From UHGV virus genome UHGV-0155234: 44,119 nt of DNA, one strand, 5' to 3'. The notes below the pieces were generated by a model. It was not told the DNA's origin. It worked only from the letters and a program-made list of their open reading frames with translations, and ran no database searches. Positions 9,792-17,355 of the stretch are shown in pieces. Position numbers and translations under genes: made by a program. Position 1 is the first letter of the stretch. Every line of letters begins with the position of its first letter. This stretch comes from a virus.

Positions 9792-9923
9792 ATGGAAGAA
9801 CTGAACAAAATCAAGGAGCTTCTTGGAACTCTCCGCGTCGATGGATGGGAGAATTTCGAGAAGCTTGTTTATATCAAGCTGCTCATCGAGAAATTGATTG
9901 CAGCGGAAACGAAGGAGGGCTAA
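9792..9923 (+). CDS. Small hypothetical protein, 43 aa (not in ORF track)
   Basis: GAGGT SD; MEELNKIKELLGTLRVDGWENFEKLVYIKLLIEKLIAAETKEG fills the gap. Confidence 0.7.
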   Translation: MEELNKIKELLGTLRVDGWENFEKLVYIKLLIEKLIAAETKEG

Positions 9924-9926
9924 TCC

Positions 9927-11408
9927 TTGGCGGACAAAACAGTAGGCGAGCTTCCGAGAGCATCAACCGTAACAACGACAGACCTGTTTGTTCTGGAGCA
10001 GGCAGGACAGGCAAAGTCCCTGACCGGACAGGTGCTTATCAATGACCTCGCAACGGCTCTTGACGGACACGGCGGCATTAAGAGCATTACCCTAAACGAT
10101 GATTACACCCTGACGTTCATCATGTCTGACGATACGGAGGTACAGACTACCTCGGTACGCGGCGCGACCGGCGCGAAGGGCGACAAGGGAACGGATGGTC
10201 GGGCAATTACGAGCGTTGTGAAAATCAGCACGTCCGGCCTTGTGGACACTTACAAAATCTCGTTCTCGGACAACACAAGCACCAACTTTACCGTGACAAA
10301 CGGCTCATCCATCAAGAGCATTGCCAAAACCGGAACGAGCGGCTTGACGGATACCTACACCGTTACGCTCACGGACGGAACGACCTCCACGTTCAACGTA
10401 AAGAACGGCAACGGTATTGCGTCCATCACGCTGCAAAGCGGCACACACGCCGCCGGTACGACGGACACATACAAAATCACGTTCGACAATGGGGAGTTTA
10501 CCACATTCTCCGTCTATAACGGCATGAACGGCTCCGGCTCTGTCGTGTCAGTGAACATGAAATCGCCGGACGCCTCCGGCAATGTGACGTTAACCGGCGA
10601 CGATATTCATGTGAGCGCAGACGATGAAACCACGATTCCGGATGCGATCGAAGCGAAACAGGCGGCGACAAAAGATCTTGCCGCAGAAGCGACGCTTGCG
10701 GACGGAGACTTTTTCCCATTCTACGATGTTTCCGTATCGCTGAATCGGAAAACCCCTTGGTCTAACATCGTGTCAAAAATCCGCGCGGCCTTTAAGACCA
10801 CGGCGCTGCCCGTCGATTCCGGCGGCACGGGGGCCGCAGACGCAGCAACGGCGCGGGCGAATCTTGGAGCGCTGTCCAACGCCAACGGCGCGGTAGGCAC
10901 AGCGAATCTCGGCGGCAAGGTCGTTACGGCGGAAAAGATCGCGGATAACACAGTGACACTGGCAAAGCTGGCATCGGACGCAAAGTATTGGAATGAGCTT
11001 CCGCGAACGAACACAAGTTCCGACGCAACAAGCAATTATGTCGTTTCGAGCTGGGGACACGTTTTCAACTGGGTATACGGCAGTAATCAGTCTTTCATGT
11101 TCGATTTGAGCGAGTTTAACCGTATTACGGATGACTTCTGGGAGACGGTCATCTATGCCAACAATCCTTTTACGCTGATTTTACAGAATATGCCCGCTGT
11201 GATTGAAAGCAATAAGGGAACATCTTCAGCGGCGGCTGAAATCAGAATCACTGTTCCGCAATACAAGTGGATCAAGCTGAAAAAGATTTCAAGTGTTGCG
11301 CTCATTGTGACCGGCAACTATGACACACGCATGATCTACACCGGGACGAGCGAAACGCCGCCCGCCGAGTGGCAGCCGGGCGACGTATACCTACGGTATT
11401 CTGTGTGA
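9927..11408 (+). CDS. Tail fibre / receptor-binding protein
   Basis: Short collagen-like GATGAKGDKG, repeated S-I..TSGL.DTY.I...D....F.V.NG units, GGTGA..AATARANLG motif. Confidence 0.8.
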   Translation: MADKTVGELPRASTVTTTDLFVLEQAGQAKSLTGQVLINDLATALDGHGGIKSITLNDDYTLTFIMSDDTEVQTTSVRGATGAKGDKGTDGRAITSVVKISTSGLVDTYKISFSDNTSTNFTVTNGSSIKSIAKTGTSGLTDTYTVTLTDGTTSTFNVKNGNGIASITLQSGTHAAGTTDTYKITFDNGEFTTFSVYNGMNGSGSVVSVNMKSPDASGNVTLTGDDIHVSADDETTIPDAIEAKQAATKDLAAEATLADGDFFPFYDVSVSLNRKTPWSNIVSKIRAAFKTTALPVDSGGTGAADAATARANLGALSNANGAVGTANLGGKVVTAEKIADNTVTLAKLASDAKYWNELPRTNTSSDATSNYVVSSWGHVFNWVYGSNQSFMFDLSEFNRITDDFWETVIYANNPFTLILQNMPAVIESNKGTSSAAAEIRITVPQYKWIKLKKISSVALIVTGNYDTRMIYTGTSETPPAEWQPGDVYLRYSV

Positions 11409-11409
11409 G

Positions 11410-11925
11410 GTGAGCGGGATGGCATGGAGCAAAACAGCGCCAGAGCTTCCAAGCGGCAGCGCGTGGGAGCAGACGATCACAAAGACAAACTTTTTTGAGC
11501 AGAACTGGTTTGTACTGAGCGGCGAATACTCTATTGCAAGGCTGGAAGGGAAACAGTTTGCCGTCCGTGTTTTGGTGTCCCCAAGCGGCGGTTCTTACGG
11601 CAATCATCCGGAGTACGGCAACTTATATCTCCGCTGCGACATCGGAAGTGTTCAGGGGACAGCTGAAACGCCCGGCAATCTCCCCAAAACGCCAACGTAT
11701 TGGTATTTCGTTGGAGAAGCTGATGCAGGGACGGAAATCACCGTTGTTTACGGGATAACAAGCAACTCTCCCAGCCAAAGCAACGGCACGGTCAAGCTGA
11801 CTGCTCCGGCGCTGCTCGGCGATGTGCTGTATTTGAACGTGAACGGTGCGGCGAAACAAGTGACGCGCGTTCTGCTGAATGTCAACGGAACGGCGCAAGA
11901 AGCCCTTGTCAAAGCCAATCCATAA
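11410..11925 (+). CDS. Hypothetical tail-fibre-associated protein
   Basis: Follows fibre; C-terminal YLNVNGAAKQV repeat. Confidence 0.6.
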   Translation: MSGMAWSKTAPELPSGSAWEQTITKTNFFEQNWFVLSGEYSIARLEGKQFAVRVLVSPSGGSYGNHPEYGNLYLRCDIGSVQGTAETPGNLPKTPTYWYFVGEADAGTEITVVYGITSNSPSQSNGTVKLTAPALLGDVLYLNVNGAAKQVTRVLLNVNGTAQEALVKANP

Positions 11926-11939
11926 GGAGGAGAGAAATA

Positions 11940-12032
11940 GTGCTCACAGTGGATAAGGACAACACCCTCCACCCGACGCGCGGCGACACCGTAACAAAGA
12001 CGAACTACACACCGATAACGGAGGTAACGTAA
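11940..12032 (+). pseudogene. 30-aa remnant of a baseplate-type (BppU-like) gene
   Basis: AGGAGG SD; MLTVDKDNTLHPTRGDT...EVT resembles both ends of a longer protein. Confidence 0.4.
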
Positions 12033-12766
12033 TGACAGAAAAAGAACTTCGACAGAAAGTCGTGTCCACCGCTCTCGCGTGGCTGGGGACGCGCGAGTAC
12101 AGCGCCAAGCATCAGGAGATGCTGGACATCTACAACTCCCAGCGCCCGCTTCCCAGAGGCACGCGGATGCTCGCCTCGTGGCCGTGGTGCGCGGCGTTCG
12201 TGTCCACCGTATCTTTGCAGTGCGGGCTGCGCGACATCATGCCTACCGAGTGCGGATGCCCGGGCATGGTGCGGCTCTATCAGGAGATTGGCAGATGGAC
12301 AGAAAACGACGCCTATATCCCGTCTCCGGGTGACGTGATCTTTTACGACTGGCAGGATACGGGGTACGGCGACAATGCCGGACAGCCCGACCACGTCGGC
12401 ATCGTGACTGCCTGTGACGGTCAGACGATGACCATCATCGAGGGCAACTGCGACAACGCCGTCAAAACGCGCAGTATTGCCGTGAACGCCCGCTTCATCC
12501 GCGGCTACGGCTGCCCGGAATACGCGAGCAAGGCGGACGGCGCAGAGCCGCAGCCGGAACCGGCACCGGCACCGGAGCCGACGCCGCAGCCTGAACCGGA
12601 GAAGCCCGCCAAGGAATCTGCGGTTGCCTCGTTCATCACCAAAACAGCCCGCGAGGTCATCGCCGGTAAATGGGGAAACGGACAGGCGCGCAGGGACGCG
12701 CTCGCCGCATGGTTTGTCAAAGCTGTGCAGGACGAGGTGAATCGTATCTTGGGGGGCTCGGCATGA
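12032..12766 (+). CDS. Endolysin, CHAP domain plus Cpl-7-like binding repeat
   Basis: WCAAFVS, PGDVIFYDW, HVGIV, IEGN; Pro/Glu linker; AREVIAGKWGNG. Confidence 0.9.
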   Translation: MTEKELRQKVVSTALAWLGTREYSAKHQEMLDIYNSQRPLPRGTRMLASWPWCAAFVSTVSLQCGLRDIMPTECGCPGMVRLYQEIGRWTENDAYIPSPGDVIFYDWQDTGYGDNAGQPDHVGIVTACDGQTMTIIEGNCDNAVKTRSIAVNARFIRGYGCPEYASKADGAEPQPEPAPAPEPTPQPEPEKPAKESAVASFITKTAREVIAGKWGNGQARRDALAAWFVKAVQDEVNRILGGSA

Positions 12767-13035
12767 CAGAAATGGAAATAGTGCGCACGCTCGCGGAACT
12801 CATTGCTCTCGGAACCGCCATTGTTGTGCCGATCTTGAAACTCAACGCGAACATTGTCAAACTTACGGACGCGGTGAACGGGCTGAAAGAGGCAAACGGC
12901 AAACTGGAGGAAACCAACACGGAAGAGCACAAGAAGCTTCACGAGCGCATCAACCACCGAAAAAAAGAAAATGAGGAGCTGAACGACCGCGTGACCGATC
13001 ACGAGAACCGTATCAGCATTCTCGAACACAAATAA
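12763..13035 (+). CDS. Small lysis-module membrane protein
   Basis: One TM helix then coiled coil ending HENRISILE. Confidence 0.7.
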   Translation: MTEMEIVRTLAELIALGTAIVVPILKLNANIVKLTDAVNGLKEANGKLEETNTEEHKKLHERINHRKKENEELNDRVTDHENRISILEHK

Positions 13036-13054
13036 TTTTTCAGGAGGAATAAAC

Positions 13055-13327
13055 ATGGAAAACATCTTCGGCTTGACTACTTGCGTGGCAATCGTCGTGA
13101 TTGCTTACCTCATCGGCATTGCCGTCAAGAACATCGAGGCAATCGATGACAAATGGATTCCCGTTATCTGCGGCGTTGTTGGCGCGCCTCTTGGCGTGCT
13201 TGCGTTGCACATCGTGCCGGACTTCCCGGCCACGGACTACCTCACGGCGATTGCTGTTGGTATCGTCTCCGGCCTTGCCGCGACCGGCATCAATCAGGTG
13301 TTTAAGCAGCTTCACAAAGACGACTGA
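13055..13327 (+). CDS. Holin
   Basis: Three TM segments; DKWIPVICGVVG, AVGIVSGLAATGINQ. Confidence 0.88.
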   Translation: MENIFGLTTCVAIVVIAYLIGIAVKNIEAIDDKWIPVICGVVGAPLGVLALHIVPDFPATDYLTAIAVGIVSGLAATGINQVFKQLHKDD

Positions 13328-13363
13328 TGGGACGGCAATCCCAAAGTCTTGTAAACCGACACG

Positions 13364-13516
13364 ATGAAGGAATCAATCAAAGATTTCTGCCGCATCAATG
13401 GCGTCGAGGCGTCTGAAAGCCTCGCAGAGACACTTTTTGAAGCATACATGGAGAGTGTAGCCAATGACGACAGAGAGCCTCCTACGGAGTTTAACAACGC
13501 CAGGGACAAAGAATAA
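13364..13516 (+). CDS. Small hypothetical protein, 50 aa
   Basis: MKESIKDFCRINGVEASESLAETLFEAYMES...; weak SD, start uncertain. Confidence 0.45.
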   Translation: MKESIKDFCRINGVEASESLAETLFEAYMESVANDDREPPTEFNNARDKE

Positions 13517-13727
13517 ACTGCAATTCCCGCGCGAGCTGCGCGAACAGTTTGAGCGGGACTGCGGCTTTACTGATGAGGAACTAAAAATCTTCCGCCTGCG
13601 GGCAAAGGGCATGAGTGTTTTGCAAATTTCTTTTGCCCTGCAGACGGACACGGAACTGTACGGAACAGAAAAGGTAGAGCGCCGTATACGGGCGATAAAG
13701 GACAAGATCGCCGCTGCAATCGAATGA
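13464..13727 (+). CDS. LuxR/sigma region-4-like HTH regulator
   Basis: CGFTDEELKIFRLRAKGMSVLQISFAL...VERRIRAIKDKI. Confidence 0.75.
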   Translation: MTTESLLRSLTTPGTKNKLQFPRELREQFERDCGFTDEELKIFRLRAKGMSVLQISFALQTDTELYGTEKVERRIRAIKDKIAAAIE

Positions 13728-13747
13728 TGGGTTTTTAACGGATTATT

Positions 13748-13780
13748 GAGGGCTAACCGACGGGTTAGCCCTCTTTTTTT
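13748..13780 (+). terminator. Intrinsic terminator after HTH gene
   Basis: GAGGGCTAACC-GACG-GGTTAGCCCTC then T7. Confidence 0.8.
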
Positions 13781-13813
13781 ATACGACAATGGGGGCAGAA
13801 AGGACGTGAAGCA

Positions 13814-14167
13814 ATGGAAAACTACTACCAACAGCCACAGCAGTTTTACGGCGGCTATCAGCGGCAGCAGCCAATGCAGCAGATCGCTCCCGGATACGTC
13901 TGTAAGCCGGTCACGAGCCGCGAAGAGGCTATTGCCACAAGCACGGACTACTTTTCTCTCGGCGTCGTAATGCCGGACATTGGGCACGGCATGATCTACC
14001 TGAAACGCTTTAATCAGCAGACAGGCGCTTCCGACTTCTTTGATTTCAAACTCTATACCCCGGAACAAACTCCGACTGTAGAGTACGCGACGAAAGCCGA
14101 CCTTGACGCTCTGCGGGCGGAGCTGACAGCGAAAAAGCGCCGGAGGGTAGAAGACGATGATGAATAA
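13814..14167 (+). CDS. Hypothetical protein, Gln/Tyr-rich N-terminus
   Basis: AAAGGA SD; 117 aa. Confidence 0.8.
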   Translation: MENYYQQPQQFYGGYQRQQPMQQIAPGYVCKPVTSREEAIATSTDYFSLGVVMPDIGHGMIYLKRFNQQTGASDFFDFKLYTPEQTPTVEYATKADLDALRAELTAKKRRRVEDDDE

Positions 14168-14378
14168 TCCGCTTTTCAATTTGATAAGCCTCGCCCGTAC
14201 CGGCGGAAACCCGATGATGCTAATACAGCAGATGGCGGGACGTGATCCGCGAGCGCAACAGGCGTTAAAGATGGTTGAGGGCAAGACGCCCGACCAGCTC
14301 AGGCAGATGGCGGAGAACATGGCGAAGGAACGCGGAACGACCGTGGACGAAATCGCCAAAGGTCTTGGGCTTAAATAA
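14157..14378 (+). CDS. Hypothetical helical Met/Gln-rich protein
   Basis: GGAGG SD; overlaps previous gene; 73 aa. Confidence 0.8.
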   Translation: MMNNPLFNLISLARTGGNPMMLIQQMAGRDPRAQQALKMVEGKTPDQLRQMAENMAKERGTTVDEIAKGLGLK

Positions 14379-14383
14379 ACATT

Positions 14384-14471
14384 CTCCTATCAGTTTCGGC
14401 ATCTTGATTAAAAGCCGCGTCTCGAATGCAGCCGGGAGGCGCGCGCCCGGATGTAAATAAACTGATAGGAG
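14384..14471 (+). promoter_or_regulatory. Structured leader sequestering downstream SD
   Basis: CTCCTATCAGTTT (14384-96) exactly complementary to AAACTGATAGGAG (14459-71); two internal hairpins. Confidence 0.7.
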
Positions 14472-14479
14472 TTTTTTCT

Positions 14480-15193
14480 ATGGCAGACGATTTTATGAGC
14501 GGATTCCTCGCCGGACAGGGCGACGGCAATTCCAACCGCGGCGGGATGTTCGGCGGTGACGGTTGGTGGGCTATCATCATCTTTGCGCTGATTTTCGGTT
14601 GGGGCAACGGCGGCTATGGCTTCGGCGGCAATTCTGGCGGTGTAGTCGATGGTTATGTTCTTACCTCTGACTTTGCGAACATTGAGCGCAAGATCGACGC
14701 GGTGAACAACGGCGTTTGTGACGGCTTCTACGCGATGAACACTGGAATGCTTAACGGCTTTGCCGGTGTGACGCAGGCCGTGACGAGCGGCTTCTCCGCG
14801 GCGGAGCTCGCCCGCTGCAATCAGCAGGCGGCGCTTATGCAGCAGCTCAACGCCATGCAGATGCAGAATCAGAACTGCTGCTGCGAGAACCGGCAGGCTA
14901 TCGCACAGGTTCGCTACGATATGGCGACGCAGGCGTGCGATACCCGGAACACCATCCAGAACGTTGCCCGCGACATTACGGACAACCAGAACGCCGGAAC
15001 CCGTGCTATCCTCGACTTCCTCACGCAGAGCAAGATCCAGACCCTTGAGGCGGACAATCAGGCGCTGCGGCTTGCCGCGTCCCAGAGCGCACAGAACGCT
15101 ACGCTCATTAACGCGCTTCGACCGTCCCCCGTTCCTGCGTATCAGGTGCAGAACCCTTACTGCTGCAACCAGAACACCTGTTGCGGGTGCTGA
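14480..15193 (+). CDS. Membrane-anchored coiled-coil protein with Cys clusters
   Basis: AGGAG SD; GDGWWAIIIFALIFGWG, Gln/Asn coiled coil, CCC and CC..CCGC. Confidence 0.85.
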   Translation: MADDFMSGFLAGQGDGNSNRGGMFGGDGWWAIIIFALIFGWGNGGYGFGGNSGGVVDGYVLTSDFANIERKIDAVNNGVCDGFYAMNTGMLNGFAGVTQAVTSGFSAAELARCNQQAALMQQLNAMQMQNQNCCCENRQAIAQVRYDMATQACDTRNTIQNVARDITDNQNAGTRAILDFLTQSKIQTLEADNQALRLAASQSAQNATLINALRPSPVPAYQVQNPYCCNQNTCCGC

Positions 15194-15238
15194 AAATGTG
15201 ATCGGGGCGGGAAAACCCGCCCCTGAAAGGAGTTAAAA

Positions 15239-15628
15239 ATGGCTTGCAAACCCGTTTGTCAGCTTTGCAAAAGGCTGATTCTTAGCCAAACGATTACGTT
15301 TACCGGCGGAAATCTGGTTGTCAACCTCCCGGACGGCAACTACTCCAATGGAGAAAAATACTGCATCGTTCTGGCGCAGAGCATCCCAACGACGGCGACG
15401 ATTAACGCGCCGGTCGTGTTCACCATTGGCGCGGGAACGGCGCAGTTCCCGCTGACGAATCGATGCTGCGCCCCCGTGACTGCGTGTGGTGTGCGGACTC
15501 GGACGAAGTACAGCACGATTGTAGTCACCAACGCCACGGGCGGCACGTTCCGAATGATCGGGAAACCGTGCTGCTCGCCGAGCAATGATCTTACCGCCAT
15601 TAACGCGGAGACAGGAGCGACGCCATGA
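15239..15628 (+). CDS. Cys-rich beta-strand hypothetical protein
   Basis: AAAGGAG SD; 129 aa, many Cys, beta-rich pattern. Confidence 0.8.
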   Translation: MACKPVCQLCKRLILSQTITFTGGNLVVNLPDGNYSNGEKYCIVLAQSIPTTATINAPVVFTIGAGTAQFPLTNRCCAPVTACGVRTRTKYSTIVVTNATGGTFRMIGKPCCSPSNDLTAINAETGATP

Positions 15629-16179
15629 GAGCGGACAGAATCAGACGCATCCGAGACTACCAGATACAGAATAACCGTGACTACGAGCCGCAGGAAAGAT
15701 ACCGCGACAGCCGAGGCCGTGAGCATTACAACAACGGGCGTTATGCCCCACGTAATGACTACCGCGACGAATACACGGACTACTACGACGACCGCCGCCG
15801 AATTGGATTCTCCTACGAGCCGCGCATGGGCGAGAGCTACGGCGGAGAGTACGACCGAGGCTATGCCGGAGGGTACGACCGTATGACCCGCGAAATGGCG
15901 GACGAGTGGATGCGTGGCCTTGAGAACGAGGACGGCAGTAGGGGCGCACATTGGAGCTTTGACCAGACGTCAAATCTTCTCGAACAGAAGAAAATAGACT
16001 GTGATCCTATGGAGTTCTATGTCGCCATGAACATGCTGTACTCGGACTACTTCAAGGTGGCAAAGAAATTCAACGTCAACAACACGGAGTTCTACGCCGA
16101 CCTTGCCGAAGCGTTTCTTTGTGATAAGGACGCGGACGAAGATAAGCTCGTGCGGTATTTCGAGTGTATTGTCGAATGA
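15625..16179 (+). CDS. Hypothetical protein with Arg/Tyr/Asp-rich N-terminus and helical C-domain
   Basis: RYRDSRGREH, ENEDGSRGAHWS, FYVAMNMLYSDY, AEAFLCDKD. Confidence 0.8.
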   Translation: MRADRIRRIRDYQIQNNRDYEPQERYRDSRGREHYNNGRYAPRNDYRDEYTDYYDDRRRIGFSYEPRMGESYGGEYDRGYAGGYDRMTREMADEWMRGLENEDGSRGAHWSFDQTSNLLEQKKIDCDPMEFYVAMNMLYSDYFKVAKKFNVNNTEFYADLAEAFLCDKDADEDKLVRYFECIVE

Positions 16180-16201
16180 CACTCTTTTCTTGAATTAGCA
16201 G

Positions 16202-16232
16202 GAAGCGCCGGGAAATTTCTGGCGCTTCTTTC
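16202..16232 (+). terminator. Terminator ending accessory cluster
   Basis: GAAGCGCCGGGA-AAT-TTCTGGCGCTTC then T-rich tail. Confidence 0.7.
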
Positions 16233-16248
16233 AGTTCTTCAGTTTTTG

Positions 16249-16277
16249 TTGACATTGTATGTACATTGGTGTACAAT
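16249..16277 (+). promoter_or_regulatory. Sigma-A promoter with overlapping inverted repeat
   Basis: TTGACA-17-TACAAT; CATTGTA...TACAATG inverted repeat. Confidence 0.8.
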
Positions 16278-16325
16278 GCAATCACAAGGGCAAGAGATGA
16301 ATGCCCGAAGAAAGGAAGAACAACC

Positions 16326-16649
16326 ATGAAAAACGAGTTCACGAAAGAAAACGCGCACGAGTGGACAGAGCTTGACCACGTTTACCTCGTCCAGGACGAG
16401 CCGATCAGCGGCACCGGCGATTATTTCGAGAAGGCTTTCCGGACGCTGGAAGAGGCGAACGACGACGCCCGCGAGCAGTGGCATTACCTCACCGAGCGCG
16501 AGCGCAAGCAGCGGCACATCTGGGTGTTCCGCGTGGATCGTGAAGACCTCGACCAGAGCATCGCAAACGAAGACCTCCCCATCGACTGGAAAGCCTATGG
16601 CTGCGCCGGGTCTACCGAGGGCTGCTTCGACAGTTCGGAGGCAAAATAA
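16326..16649 (+). CDS. Small acidic hypothetical protein
   Basis: AAAGGAAG SD; 107 aa, D/E-rich. Confidence 0.8.
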   Translation: MKNEFTKENAHEWTELDHVYLVQDEPISGTGDYFEKAFRTLEEANDDAREQWHYLTERERKQRHIWVFRVDREDLDQSIANEDLPIDWKAYGCAGSTEGCFDSSEAK

Positions 16650-16789
16650 TGGCAAAGACAGAGCGCGTCAATCTCCGCCTCACACCGGAGATGAAAGAAA
16701 AGTTGCAAAAAGCCGCCGATGCGGAGAACCGGACACTGACAAACTACATCGAAAACATAATCATCAAGGCATTAAAAGAGGAGGGCTGA
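16649..16789 (+). CDS. Arc-like ribbon-helix-helix protein, 46 aa (not in ORF track)
   Basis: MAKTERVNLRLTPEMKEKLQKAADAENRTLTNYIENII; GGAGG SD, TAATG coupling. Confidence 0.85.
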   Translation: MAKTERVNLRLTPEMKEKLQKAADAENRTLTNYIENIIIKALKEEG

Positions 16790-16810
16790 AAGGCCCTCCT
16801 CTTTGCTTTA
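16778..16810 (+). terminator. Terminator
   Basis: GAGGAGGGC-TGAAAG-GCCCTCCTC then TTTGCTTT. Confidence 0.7.
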
Positions 16811-16882
16811 TAAAATCAACCGCATGTTTCATTGAGCACGTCGAAAATGTTATAAATTTTTGCAAGAAAATTCAATTAAATA

Positions 16883-16924
16883 GTTGACATTCTAAACTAA
16901 ATAGTTTATAACTACAACTGTAAG
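16883..16924 (+). promoter_or_regulatory. Sigma-A promoter/operator, copy 1
   Basis: TTGACA-17-TATAAC with TAAACTAAATAGTTTA palindrome; 39/42 identical to 36052-36093. Confidence 0.8.
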
Positions 16925-16961
16925 GCAAGGGCGAAAGCCTTTTTTGAAAGGAAGTGAGGAC

Positions 16962-17078
16962 ATGCCCGACGTGAACGTCACGGAAGCGTTGCTCAGAGCG
17001 ATTCTTGAGCTGATCGAAACTTGCGATTCGCTCGAAGAGCTGCGAGAGCGCGTTAAGCGGATCATGCAGAAGCATTAA
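16962..17078 (+). CDS. Small helical protein, 38 aa
   Basis: SD-rich leader; MPDVNVTEALLRAILELIETCDSLEELRERVKRIMQKH. Confidence 0.7.
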   Translation: MPDVNVTEALLRAILELIETCDSLEELRERVKRIMQKH

Positions 17079-17160
17079 AAAATCGGTGAGCGCCCCTGCT
17101 AAAGCCGCTCACCGAAAGCCACTGGATGGGGCTTAGAGCCTTGCCAAAGCCCCTTTCCTT
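17077..17160 (-). ncRNA. Putative cis-antisense small RNA
   Basis: Minus-strand TTTACA-17-TAAGGT (extended -10) at 17193-17165; two hairpins, last followed by U6. Confidence 0.5.
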
Positions 17161-17205
17161 TTCTACCTTAACACGGCAAGGCAGAAATGTAAAGGAGAAA
17201 AAACT

Positions 17206-17355
17206 ATGTGCGTAAGCGAGTACATCAATTTGATCGCAGCGGCTGACAGCAATGACACGCTTCGGTATATTGTGTCTTTTGCCGCGAATGACGACAGCAT
17301 TTCCAATGCCGAGTATGAATTCATCTACCAGACGGCGGAGGCGGCGATTGTATGA
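17206..17355 (+). CDS. Small acidic protein, 49 aa
   Basis: AAAGGAG SD; MCVSEYINLIAAADSNDTLRY...; ATGA overlap with ardC. Confidence 0.7.
   Translation: MCVSEYINLIAAADSNDTLRYIVSFAANDDSISNAEYEFIYQTAEAAIV

Noticed and set aside
9927..11925. Diversity-generating retroelement or shufflon at the fibre
   Set aside because: No RT, no template/variable repeat pair, no inverted cassettes seen.
13373..14359. 328-aa minus-strand ORF
   Set aside because: Spans three well-formed plus genes and a terminator; no recognisable motif.
15204..15223. GGGGCGGG-AAAA-CCCGCCCC hairpin as a terminator
   Set aside because: No U tract and it sits just before an SD; more likely a stability element.
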